Source of the DNA: Christensenella sp. UBA6345
GTDB lineage: Bacteria > Bacillota > Clostridia > Christensenellales > UBA1242
Length of the DNA stretch: 64,000 nucleotides
Direction of reading: 5' to 3'
Assembly: GCA_002437945.1 (NCBI GenBank)
Contig: DJSB01000030.1
Span: 22,390 to 86,389, forward strand
The position numbers and the translations under genes are program-made. Under the pieces are notes generated by a model. That model was not told where the DNA came from. It saw only the letters and a program-made list of their open reading frames with translations, and searched no databases. Below are positions 41,847 through 50,766 of the stretch, piece by piece. Every line of letters begins with the position of its first letter. Positions within the stretch are counted from its first letter, which is position 1.

Positions 41847-43634
41847 TTAAATGTTCTCTGCAAGGAACATATTTTTAAATTTTTCATTATTATTAAACAA
41901 ATAATCAAATGTACCTTTATCTATAATTTTGCCTTCATCTAGGAAAAATATAGTATCTACATTCTTAATTGTCGACAATCTATGAGCAACAATAACAACA
42001 GTACTTTTACCCTTAAGATTATCTATACTACGTTTAATATTCTCTTGAGCGAAATTATCTAGCGAACTTGTACTCTCATCAAATATTATAATACTTGATT
42101 TACGTAAAAGCGCTCTAGCGATAGCCAAACGCTGTTTTTGTCCACCAGATAGTTTAACACCACTCTCGCCTACTTTTGTATTAAGACCATTTTTTAATGT
42201 ATCTATAAAGTCATCAAATGATGCTTCTTTTACTGCAATATCTATTTCTTCATCAGTAGCATCTTTTTTTGCAAGCAATAAATTCTCTTTAATAGTCATA
42301 TCAAAAATATATGGGAATTGATTAACTAATGAAATAGAATTACGCAAAGTTTCTTTTGATAAGTCGTTAATATTAACACCATCAATTAAGACTTCTCCGC
42401 CATCAACTTCAAACATTTTACTCATAAGGTTGAGAATAGTAGATTTACCACTTCCCGATTTACCGACAAATGCTACAGTTGTATTAGGCTCTATTTCAAA
42501 ATTAAGCCCATCAAAAATAGTATTGGTATTAACTATTTTACGTTTTTGTTTTTCCTTACCTTTTTTAGTAGAAATCTCTAATTCGTCATCACTAGGGTCT
42601 TCATAATCATTGTATGAATATTTAACATCTTTAAATTCAATCCTACCCTTAACATTATCTAATGTAACATTACCAAATTTTTCACAAACAAATTCATCGT
42701 CATTAAATAATGCAAACATACGGTCTTTAGAAATTTTGATTTCGGAAAATTTAGAAGCCAAATTACCCATTTGCCAGATTAGATTATATAGACTATTATT
42801 ATTACCATATACTATCATAAATGAAGCGAATGTAAACATACTTTTATTGATAAGTATTACACCCAAAATCAATATTACTATAGCCATAGTTTCAATAATA
42901 AAGTTACGGCTACTCCAAAAGCACATATCTTTAAAATTGGTACGATAACTTACATCTTTATAGTCATCATAATATTTTTTACTAACTTCGCTTAATTTTT
43001 CTTCTAGACCTATGGCTTTAATGTCTTTTTCACTTCTAACTATTTCGGTAGTTAAACTATTAATTTTGTCCGATGCTTTGCGTGTTTTTCTGACATTGGT
43101 TCTGTATACCTTAACTCTAAATATCTCTAAAGTAATACCAACCAAAAGCACAGCCACCAATACTAGTCCAATATAAACATTAAGAGTAACTATGTATATC
43201 AAAACAATTAATGAAGACAAAATATCAGTAATCATATCTACTACGTCTGCCAAGTTGTTAATAAGCCTTTCGGGATCATTAACTATACGTTGAACAAAAG
43301 TCCCCGTCTCATGGTCAGCATAAGTTTGTGAATTAAGTTTGAATGCTTGTTTTGCCAAGTCCAAATTTAAGTCCGCCATAATTTTTGAAGAATATTTAAA
43401 GAATAAATTGGCATTAGAAATCCAACACAATCTCCTTAAAATAGAACAAGCCAAAGTGAATGCAAACACTTTAAGTGACTGTGAATACATGGCTAAAGTA
43501 ACCAAGTCTATTGCTTTAGCAAAGCCAAGAACCATAACTATAGACAATACTGCTGAAATAGCATTGAATATTATATATGCAACAATTGCCCACTTATATC
43601 TAGCCAAATACTCTTTTATTGATTTATTTTTCAT
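41847..43634 (-). CDS. ABC transporter, fused permease/ATP-binding exporter (type I exporter, MsbA/LmrA-like half transporter)
   Basis: 595 aa. Six-helix N-terminal TMD, Walker A GKSGSGKST, signature LSGGQKQR, Walker B IIIFDEST. No N-terminal C39 peptidase domain. Confidence 0.88.
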   Translation of the reverse strand: MKNKSIKEYLARYKWAIVAYIIFNAISAVLSIVMVLGFAKAIDLVTLAMYSQSLKVFAFTLACSILRRLCWISNANLFFKYSSKIMADLNLDLAKQAFKLNSQTYADHETGTFVQRIVNDPERLINNLADVVDMITDILSSLIVLIYIVTLNVYIGLVLVAVLLVGITLEIFRVKVYRTNVRKTRKASDKINSLTTEIVRSEKDIKAIGLEEKLSEVSKKYYDDYKDVSYRTNFKDMCFWSSRNFIIETMAIVILILGVILINKSMFTFASFMIVYGNNNSLYNLIWQMGNLASKFSEIKISKDRMFALFNDDEFVCEKFGNVTLDNVKGRIEFKDVKYSYNDYEDPSDDELEISTKKGKEKQKRKIVNTNTIFDGLNFEIEPNTTVAFVGKSGSGKSTILNLMSKMFEVDGGEVLIDGVNINDLSKETLRNSISLVNQFPYIFDMTIKENLLLAKKDATDEEIDIAVKEASFDDFIDTLKNGLNTKVGESGVKLSGGQKQRLAIARALLRKSSIIIFDESTSSLDNFAQENIKRSIDNLKGKSTVVIVAHRLSTIKNVDTIFFLDEGKIIDKGTFDYLFNNNEKFKNMFLAENI

Positions 43635-43725
43635 ATAAAAAAACCTCCGTAATTACTCATACGAAGGTGTGAAAACAGTGATAAAATCTCACAAATATAT
43701 TAATACAGTATTAGTGCTGTATCAA

Positions 43726-43815
43726 TTAAAAAGAACCATTCGTATGGCATAAAATTAAATTCATATTTTTAGTGTATTTTTTGTTAAAGTTAAAAGCAAA
43801 TTTAATTACGCTCAT
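43726..43815 (-). CDS. 29-codon leader ORF upstream of the ABC exporter
   Basis: My translation is MSVIKFAFNFNKKYTKNMNLILCHTNGSF. AGGAGG lies 7-8 nt upstream of the ATG. The last codons overlap one arm of a long-range helix in the exporter leader. Confidence 0.45.
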   Translation of the reverse strand: MSVIKFAFNFNKKYTKNMNLILCHTNGSF

Positions 43816-43867
43816 GCGAACTGTCCTCCTTTTTTAATATTTTCATTTTTAAATTTAACAATTAGAA

Positions 43868-43894
43868 AATATACTATTTTTTCTATCTTGTCAA
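43868..43894 (-). promoter_or_regulatory. possible promoter of the leader-ORF/ABC exporter transcript
   Basis: Minus strand reads TTGACA, a spacer of only 15 nt, then TATATT. The spacing is suboptimal. Confidence 0.3.
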
Positions 43895-44067
43895 TACTTT
43901 TTTGCAAAAAACATTAAAAAAGTGAGAATTTAAGCCATTTTTTATATACTATTATAAATATATTATATATAATAAAATAATTTATTATTAATGTTTATTT
44001 ATTACTATAAAATTTTATTCAATTACTTGAATAAATTATATTTTACATATATTTTTGTTACATTTAA

Positions 44068-45354
44068 TTATTTGTTACGTTCTTTTTTACGTATCATACC
44101 TTTTTCTCTACCATTATTAAGTGGCTTATAATAAACTCTGTCTTTTAATTCTTTAGGCATATACTGTTGTTTAACGTAACCACCATAATCGTGTGGATAT
44201 TTGTACGAACCAGTCTTATCGTTGTAACCGCTTTCATGATTCTTTAAATTATTAGGCACTGGTGCATCAAGATATTTGATAGCATCGGCTTTAGCCATTT
44301 CTTTTGCTAATAATACCGAATTACTTTTTTCGGCTTCACAGATATAAATAATTGCGTGGGAAAGGTTAAGTTCACATTCTGGCATACCAAGTTCCTTAAC
44401 TGCAGTTAAAGCACTAATAGCCATAAGCAAAGCATTACTATCAGCCATACCTATATCTTCGCTTGCGTGAGCAATCATACGTCTGGCAATAATCTTTGGG
44501 TCACAACCACTTAATAGTAATTTTTGACTATAAAACAAAGCGGCTTCAGTGTCACTACCCCTTAAACTTTTACAGAATGCACTTAAAGTATCATAAAAAC
44601 TGGTTTCGTCTAAAGTAACTGCTTTACGTTGAATACACTCTTCAGCAACTTCTTTATCAATCACTATAACACCATCAGAATTAGCAGGAGTAGTCTTTAC
44701 AGCAAGTTCAAGCGCATTATATGCAGTTCTTACATCTCCAGCACTAGCCCAAGCCAAATGTTCTTTTGCTTCATCAGTAAAGTCAATCTTCAAATCACCA
44801 TAGCCATTAATTTTATCGCTAATTGCTCTATCAAGAGCAGTAATAATATTATTTTTAGTTAATGGTTTAAACTCGAAAACTCTACATCTACTAACGATAG
44901 CACGTGTCATATTAATGTAAGGATTCTCGGTAGTGCTACCTATAAAAATAATACTACCTTCTTCTACTGCTTGTAGTACATAATCAGACTGTGCTTTATT
45001 CCATCTATGACACTCGTCAAGCAATAAAAATGTACGTGTACCATAAAGTTTAAGATTGTTACGTGCTTCATCAATAATTGCTTTAGCATCAGCAACACCA
45101 CTAGATACAGCATTAAGTTTTCTAAATTGTCCTTTACAAGTATTGGCTATAATATTGGCAATGGTAGTCTTACCTGTCCCCGGTGGTCCATAAAAAATAC
45201 AACTACCTATACTACCGCTTGTAATAGCCCTAACAAGAAAACTATTCTTGTATATTAAATGTTCTTGTCCTAAAAATTGGTCTAATGTATTAGGACGCAT
45301 ACGGTCTGCAAGTGGTGCAAACTTTCTGATATTTTCACTAAATAAATCTTCCAT
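44068..45354 (-). CDS. rarA: replication-associated recombination protein A (AAA+ ATPase RarA/MgsA)
   Basis: ATG at 45354 follows GGAG. Walker A GPPGTGKTT, Walker B LLLDECHR, and the MgsA C-terminal domain. Confidence 0.9.
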   Translation of the reverse strand: MEDLFSENIRKFAPLADRMRPNTLDQFLGQEHLIYKNSFLVRAITSGSIGSCIFYGPPGTGKTTIANIIANTCKGQFRKLNAVSSGVADAKAIIDEARNNLKLYGTRTFLLLDECHRWNKAQSDYVLQAVEEGSIIFIGSTTENPYINMTRAIVSRCRVFEFKPLTKNNIITALDRAISDKINGYGDLKIDFTDEAKEHLAWASAGDVRTAYNALELAVKTTPANSDGVIVIDKEVAEECIQRKAVTLDETSFYDTLSAFCKSLRGSDTEAALFYSQKLLLSGCDPKIIARRMIAHASEDIGMADSNALLMAISALTAVKELGMPECELNLSHAIIYICEAEKSNSVLLAKEMAKADAIKYLDAPVPNNLKNHESGYNDKTGSYKYPHDYGGYVKQQYMPKELKDRVYYKPLNNGREKGMIRKKERNK

Positions 45355-45382
45355 AATTAACTCCACTATGAGTGTATCACAA

Positions 45383-46591
45383 CTAATTAATTTTGTCGAT
45401 TTTTATTAAGTGAGAATTATCTAAAAATATAACACTGGGATTATTGTATACTATACCATTATACAAGACTTTAACCCCATACAATGTATTGTTAATGATA
45501 AGTGTATGAGTAAAATTATCACACTTTATACAAAAAGTAAATTGCCCCAAATAAATGCGAGACTTAAAAAATTTAATTTTTTTATCATATATACTAATAC
45601 CTAATACTTGTGTAAAAAGATAATTAAACACATCAATATATTTATGTCTTTTTAACAAATATTCTATAGTAGATTTATAATTGAAATCATATTTTTTATA
45701 TATAAATAATCGTGAAATAAAAGGTTGAAAATCAAACGATTTAAGAAATTCATTAATCATATTATCATATAACTTACGTGATAAAATCTGACTCAAATAC
45801 GGATTATTAATACGTAATGAAAACAACTTAAAAATACTGTAGTCAAAACAATTGTTGTTAACTTTCAACTCTACACAATTACTGGTATTATTTAATAAAT
45901 TGTTACCACATATATTTTTTATTGCAATACGATTTTTCACACTATTCTTTACTTTAAACAGATTATAAATATCTGTATTAAATAATATTGAATTATTTTT
46001 AATCATAAATTGTTTATAATTAAGTACTTTATTATTATACTTTTCACGTGTATTACGCATAGTACTTAAATTATAATTAATATTGGCTAAATTAAGGCGA
46101 AAACTTGAACTATGCATAGTAGATAAATTAATTACATGTGTTACCTTAAAATTAAATAAATTGCTATATGTGTACTTACGTCTATAAAGTCGATTAATAC
46201 CAGTATAATTGATTACTTTTATTAAGTCAGTTCCTTGCCTATTATTGCCTAAAAATACAAATTGTATATTATGTATATTTAAACAATTACCTTTAATACA
46301 TATATAACTATTACAACAATTACCACCGTTATTTTGTGGCAAAACTGCAATTACCCCATTAATATTTGACTTAAAAAAGAAACATCGATTACCTACATAG
46401 CACCTAATAAAATTACGTAATCGTATACCATCTATTGATATATAAAGATTACTAAAATTAATGTAATCGTTAATCACTTTTTTGTTAACTTTTATTAAAC
46501 TTTTTAATACTGGACTATATGAAAAATTGTTATCAGAAATACATAACAATATTACTGAAACAATAGTTAAAAATATAAGGACATAATACAT
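45383..46591 (-). CDS. hypothetical Asn/Ile/Lys/Tyr-rich protein with an N-terminal signal anchor (402 aa)
   Basis: A 1.2-kb open frame in very AT-rich sequence is unlikely by chance. N-terminal TM helix YYVLIFLTIVSVILLCI. No recognisable domain and no Shine-Dalgarno. Confidence 0.6.
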   Translation of the reverse strand: MYYVLIFLTIVSVILLCISDNNFSYSPVLKSLIKVNKKVINDYINFSNLYISIDGIRLRNFIRCYVGNRCFFFKSNINGVIAVLPQNNGGNCCNSYICIKGNCLNIHNIQFVFLGNNRQGTDLIKVINYTGINRLYRRKYTYSNLFNFKVTHVINLSTMHSSSFRLNLANINYNLSTMRNTREKYNNKVLNYKQFMIKNNSILFNTDIYNLFKVKNSVKNRIAIKNICGNNLLNNTSNCVELKVNNNCFDYSIFKLFSLRINNPYLSQILSRKLYDNMINEFLKSFDFQPFISRLFIYKKYDFNYKSTIEYLLKRHKYIDVFNYLFTQVLGISIYDKKIKFFKSRIYLGQFTFCIKCDNFTHTLIINNTLYGVKVLYNGIVYNNPSVIFLDNSHLIKIDKIN

Positions 46592-46610
46592 ATTAAATTA
46601 TGATACAACA

Positions 46611-46642
46611 CAAAAAAAATAAACGTATAAAAATATACGTTT
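46611..46642 (-). terminator. terminator of rnpB
   Basis: 9-bp stem AAACGTATA / TATACGTTT. A T8 run follows on the minus-strand RNA. Confidence 0.75.
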
Positions 46643-46647
46643 ATTAA

Positions 46648-46976
46648 TTAGATATTAAATAAGCCGAGTTCTGTATTAAGTGGTCATCTATCTAGACATG
46701 GTATTGCTAGCATGTTCAAGCGATGTATCAAGAAACGAAGCGAGTAACTTTTAAATGTTTCTCTTATCTTGCAGCAGGTAGTGTTTACAGCAAATGTTAG
46801 TTACCTAACAAGTTTGTGGGCTCTTACCCCACCTTTTCACCCTTACTCTTGCGAGCGGTATATTTCTGTTGCACTTTACCTTAGGTCACCCTAGCCAGAC
46901 GTTATCTGGTACCCTTACTCTGTGCTGCTCGGACTTTCCTCATAAATAAATTTATGCGACCACATAAATATCTAAC
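46648..46976 (-). ncRNA. rnpB: RNase P RNA
   Basis: The reverse complement contains the universal blocks GAGGAAAGTCCGAGC, GTGCAACAGAAA, AGGGTGAAAAGGTGGGGTAAGAGCCCAC and ACAGAACTCGGCTTA. The P1 ends TTAGATATTTA / TTAATATCTAA pair. The exact ends are approximate. Confidence 0.9.
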
Positions 46977-47101
46977 TTCAAGTATTATACTATAAATTGT
47001 ATTCTAATGCAATACTTTACTAAAAGTATTTGATTATTATCTTTTATTAATAACGTTTTAACTTAACAAAACAAATTATATATTAATATTGATATCATCA
47101 A

Positions 47102-47797
47102 TTAATAATACTCTTTTTTATCTATATTATCTTTCATGGTTTCAAGTGCTTTTTTCTCTAGTCTACTTATATAACTACGACTTATTTTTAACTTACTAGC
47201 GACTTCTCTTTGTGTAAGTGCGGGACAACCATTAAGTCCATAACGAAGACATATAATTATATATTCTCTTTTAGTAAGATACTTTTTTAATTTATCATTA
47301 AGTTTTTCTGAAATTACTGAATTATGTACACGTTGTTCGACATCATCACTTTCGAACATCACATCAATAATTGCTAGTTCGTTATCTTCGCTATCTGTAC
47401 CCAGTGCATCTTCAATTGATATAGTATTTTTATGTTTCTTATTAACTCGTAATAACATAAGAATTTCGTTTTCTATACACTTGGCTGCATAAGTAGAAAA
47501 CTGCGTACCATGGTTAAGTTGAAAAGTTTTTATTGCTTTTATAAGTCCCATACTACCTACACTTATTAAGTCATCGGCTTCGTCTGTACCATTATACTTT
47601 TTTACTATATGTGCAACCAATCTTAAATTATGCTCGATAAGGATACGATAGGCTTCCATATCCCCTTCTTTATATCTTTTTAGATATTCATTTTCTTGCT
47701 GTGTTGTGAGTGGTTTTTCGAAAGAAGAATTATTTTTGACATACGATGTAAACAACATTATCTTTTGCAAAAATGCCATGTAGCCTTCAATAACCAT
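47102..47797 (-). CDS. sigK: sporulation sigma factor pro-sigma-K, uninterrupted
   Basis: 231 aa. AGGAG RBS. MVIEGYMAFLQKIMLFTS-YVKNNSSFEKPL parallels the B. subtilis pro-sequence junction ...LVS-YVKNNAFPQPL. Conserved regions IEHNLRLVAHIVKKY, CIENEILM and ISRSYISRLEKKAL. Confidence 0.85.
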   Translation of the reverse strand: MVIEGYMAFLQKIMLFTSYVKNNSSFEKPLTTQQENEYLKRYKEGDMEAYRILIEHNLRLVAHIVKKYNGTDEADDLISVGSMGLIKAIKTFQLNHGTQFSTYAAKCIENEILMLLRVNKKHKNTISIEDALGTDSEDNELAIIDVMFESDDVEQRVHNSVISEKLNDKLKKYLTKREYIIICLRYGLNGCPALTQREVASKLKISRSYISRLEKKALETMKDNIDKKEYY

Positions 47798-47971
47798 AAT
47801 TACTCCTATTTTTAAAGAACTACATTATTTATATGTCGTATTTTGTCAAATTTTGCTTGTACAACAAAAAAAGATATTCAATTTTTATTAACTATCTCTA
47901 AAGTATTAATTTTATCGTTAATATTATTTTTTTTTACTTATACCCACCTAGATAAAGTAATAATAGATAAT

Positions 47972-48056
47972 TAACTTGTGATGTCGTTGTGTACAACGGT
48001 TTTGCACTAGCAAAACGGGGTTGCGAACGAAAGTGAGCAAGCAACATCACAAGTTA
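47972..48056 (+). ncRNA. unclassified structured element: 13-bp closing helix around three hairpins (four-way junction); strand assignment tentative
   Basis: TAACTTGTGATGT ... ACATCACAAGTTA is a perfect 13-bp pairing. Inside it are CGTTG-tgta-CAACG, GTTTTGC-acta-GCAAAAC and TTGC-GA-AC-GAAA-GT-GA-GCAA. The GNRA loop and tandem G.A pairs exist only on the plus strand. The element is clearly more GC-rich than the surrounding spacer. Confidence 0.4.
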
Positions 48057-48074
48057 TAACGCACACTTTATTAA

Positions 48075-48106
48075 TAAAAAAATAATGTATCCAGAATTGG
48101 ATACAT
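48075..48106 (-). terminator. terminator of the zinc-ribbon/LRR gene
   Basis: 9-bp stem ATGTATCCA / TGGATACAT. On the minus-strand RNA it is followed by TATTTTTTTATT. Confidence 0.75.
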
Positions 48107-48112
48107 CATTAA

Positions 48113-48811
48113 TTAATACTTTACAATCTCTATATTTTTGTAAGCATCATTTTTAATTTTAAATGATTTAGGAACATACAATTTCTTTAAATGTTTTTGA
48201 AAATCAAAAACTCCGCTAGCAATAGACTTAATATCTTCGTCTACTTTGTATTCATTATCTAATTTATCATTGGGATAAGCAATAATACTCATATTAGACT
48301 TATCTATAAGCACATTATCTCGAGTAATAAAGTATGGATTATCGCTATCAACATAGATATATTTAAGGTTGTTAAATTGTCTAAAACTTCCACCTAAAAA
48401 GCCTTTAACATCTTTACCAAGCACTAAAATTTTAACATTACAGTCATCGAATACAAAAGAATCAATATAATCACAATTAATAATTAATGCGATAGTAGAA
48501 GTATGAAAAGCCAACAATCCATCGCCTACACAAGTAGGACGTGCTTGATTAACATAATCTATATATTCAAGTCCACGTAATTCGTTATTAAAACCTTCTA
48601 CATAGTAATATTGTTCACCTTGCACAATATCGGGTAAAGACTTCTCATAAGGAATAAGGTTAAGACTAACCTGCTTTGCAAACTTAAATATCTTAAAAAG
48701 TCTAGCATCAAGGTTTAAGTCTTCTTTATCAAATCCACTAAAACCACAATCACATTTTTTAGGATAAGTATCAAATGTTTTAAAACATATAGGACAGTAT
48801 TTATCTTGCAT
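48113..48811 (-). CDS. hypothetical protein with N-terminal zinc ribbon and BspA-type leucine-rich-repeat-like region
   Basis: 232 aa. CPICFKTF...CDCG, then segments such as NLKYIYVDSDNPYFITRDNVLIDKSNMSIIAYP that resemble LRR_5 repeats. Assignment is by eye only. Confidence 0.5.
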   Translation of the reverse strand: MQDKYCPICFKTFDTYPKKCDCGFSGFDKEDLNLDARLFKIFKFAKQVSLNLIPYEKSLPDIVQGEQYYYVEGFNNELRGLEYIDYVNQARPTCVGDGLLAFHTSTIALIINCDYIDSFVFDDCNVKILVLGKDVKGFLGGSFRQFNNLKYIYVDSDNPYFITRDNVLIDKSNMSIIAYPNDKLDNEYKVDEDIKSIASGVFDFQKHLKKLYVPKSFKIKNDAYKNIEIVKY

Positions 48812-48823
48812 AATTAACTCCTA

Positions 48824-50023
48824 TTAAATCTTTTTACGAAGTATATCTCCCGGTTGTAGTTGCAAGTCAGTAGTTAAGTACAATTTTTGCTGTACTGCTA
48901 ATGCATCATCAACTTCATTACCCTTTTCATCTGTCATAGGTGTAACTATAATTGTTTTATTGAAAGTATCGGTAGGACTTAAAACTTCTAGAGTGTCTCC
49001 TACTTTAAATCTATTACGTTGTTCAATTAAAACTTTACCATTCTCGTTGTGTCCAATAACTGCAGCCATAAACTCATGAGTTTGAACTGGAGAAGAAGAT
49101 TCAAGACATTCCTTATCGTCACTACCATAATAGAAACCAGTAGTATATTTACGATGGCTTGCCTTGTTAAGTTCGGCTAATAGTTCTTCAGTAGAAGCAT
49201 TAGTACCTAAAGCATCAATAGCACGTCTATAGGCATTAACAACAGTTGCTACATAATATACACTCTTCATACGTCCTTCTATCTTTAGGCTAGTAACTCC
49301 TGCATCTTCCAAGTCTTTAATATGTTGTAACATATTAAGGTCTTTACTATTAAGAATATATGTACCACGTTTATCTTCATAAATAGGATATTCTTCGTTA
49401 TCTCTGCTTTTTTCATGGATTGTATATTCCCAACGGCATGATTGTACACAAGCCCCTTTATTAGCATCTCTACCACACATATAATTGCTTAATAAACATC
49501 TGCCCGAATAACTAATACACATTGCACCATGAATAAATGCTTCAATTTCGACATCTTTAGGTATGTAATCTCTAATTTCTTTTATTTCTTTTATACTTAA
49601 TTCTCTAGCAAGTACAAGACGCTTTGCTCCCATATCGCAGAAGAATTTTGCTGAATATTTATTGGTAATATTGGCTTGAGTACTTACATGTACATCAAGA
49701 TTAGGACAAGTATCCCTAATAAGTTTGATAACTCCAATATCTGCTACAATAACACCATCAACTTTGATACTATCTAAAAATTTAATATAGTCTACCATAC
49801 CATCAAAGTCTTCATTATGTGCAATAATATTAACTGTAATATATGCTTTTTTACCCATCTTATGAGCAAACTCTACACTTTCTCTTAAGTCGTCATCTGT
49901 AAAGTTACCTGCATAGGCTCTTAAGCCATATTTTGTACCTGCAAAATAGCAAGCGTCTGCACCAAAATAAAATGCAGTTTTTAATTTTTCCATTGTCCCA
50001 GCGGGTGCTAATAATTCTAACAT
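48824..50023 (-). CDS. peptidase U32 family protein (YrrO/TrhP-like, tRNA U34 hydroxylation family)
   Basis: 399 aa. MLELLAPAGTMEKLKTAFYFGADACYFAG and a conserved Cys cluster. Directly downstream of a YrrM-type O-methyltransferase, as in Bacillus yrrM-yrrN-yrrO. Confidence 0.8.
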   Translation of the reverse strand: MLELLAPAGTMEKLKTAFYFGADACYFAGTKYGLRAYAGNFTDDDLRESVEFAHKMGKKAYITVNIIAHNEDFDGMVDYIKFLDSIKVDGVIVADIGVIKLIRDTCPNLDVHVSTQANITNKYSAKFFCDMGAKRLVLARELSIKEIKEIRDYIPKDVEIEAFIHGAMCISYSGRCLLSNYMCGRDANKGACVQSCRWEYTIHEKSRDNEEYPIYEDKRGTYILNSKDLNMLQHIKDLEDAGVTSLKIEGRMKSVYYVATVVNAYRRAIDALGTNASTEELLAELNKASHRKYTTGFYYGSDDKECLESSSPVQTHEFMAAVIGHNENGKVLIEQRNRFKVGDTLEVLSPTDTFNKTIIVTPMTDEKGNEVDDALAVQQKLYLTTDLQLQPGDILRKKI

Positions 50024-50039
50024 ATTAATATTTCCTTTT

Positions 50040-50708
50040 TTATTTATTTTTTAATCTAGATATTGTTACCCCGTCACCAACATCAAGTTCGATGGTTTCA
50101 AAATCGGGGTCATTTTTAATTTGAGCCAAATACTTACGTAAGTTAACCACTATTGTACGTTTCCTATGTGGTATCGTCCCTTCCATAAATACCATACCTT
50201 TAAAATGAACATTGTCAGCAAACAATATTCCGCCATCATTAAGCATAGATTTTAATATCGGCAAATATTTAATATACTGACCTTTTGGCCCATCTAAAAA
50301 TATAAAATCGAATTTACGATGATTATCGTTAAGATTAACAATAGCATTGTAAGCATCATCGAATATCATTTCTACTCGATTAGTTAAGGTGGCGCTAGCA
50401 AAATGTTTTTTAGCAAGAAGATAGTTACTTTCAAAATTCTCGATAGTAGTGAGTATGCAATTAGTCGCATTAAGTAACAAAGTACCCGAGTAGCCAATAG
50501 CCGTACCTATCTCTAATACTGTACTTGGTTTTTGATTGTACACTGTCGAAAACAACAACTTTGCTGTGTCATCTAAAAGTACAGGTATATGATTGGCTCT
50601 AGCATAAGTAAGTATCTCTTTCATTTCGCTATCAAGAGTATGATTATACTTTTGCATACTCTCATTATTAACTTCAATAATTTTTTCTAATTGATCCATA
50701 GTAATCAT
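50040..50708 (-). CDS. class I SAM-dependent O-methyltransferase (YrrM/TrmR-like)
   Basis: 222 aa. SAM motif VLEIGTAIGYSG, and FDFIFLDGPKGQY. Confidence 0.8.
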   Translation of the reverse strand: MITMDQLEKIIEVNNESMQKYNHTLDSEMKEILTYARANHIPVLLDDTAKLLFSTVYNQKPSTVLEIGTAIGYSGTLLLNATNCILTTIENFESNYLLAKKHFASATLTNRVEMIFDDAYNAIVNLNDNHRKFDFIFLDGPKGQYIKYLPILKSMLNDGGILFADNVHFKGMVFMEGTIPHRKRTIVVNLRKYLAQIKNDPDFETIELDVGDGVTISRLKNK

Positions 50709-50766
50709 ATTATAACAAAAAAAAATAAAAAAGTGTAAGAATTAACCTACACTTTTTATAATTAAT

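Noticed and set aside
47972-48056. Interpretation of the cloverleaf element as a tRNA or tRNA pseudogene
   Set aside because: The closing stem is 13 bp rather than 7. There is no T-loop (GTTCRANYC) or D-loop consensus. The hairpin loops are 4 nt, and position 33 of the best 7-nt loop alternative is C on either strand.
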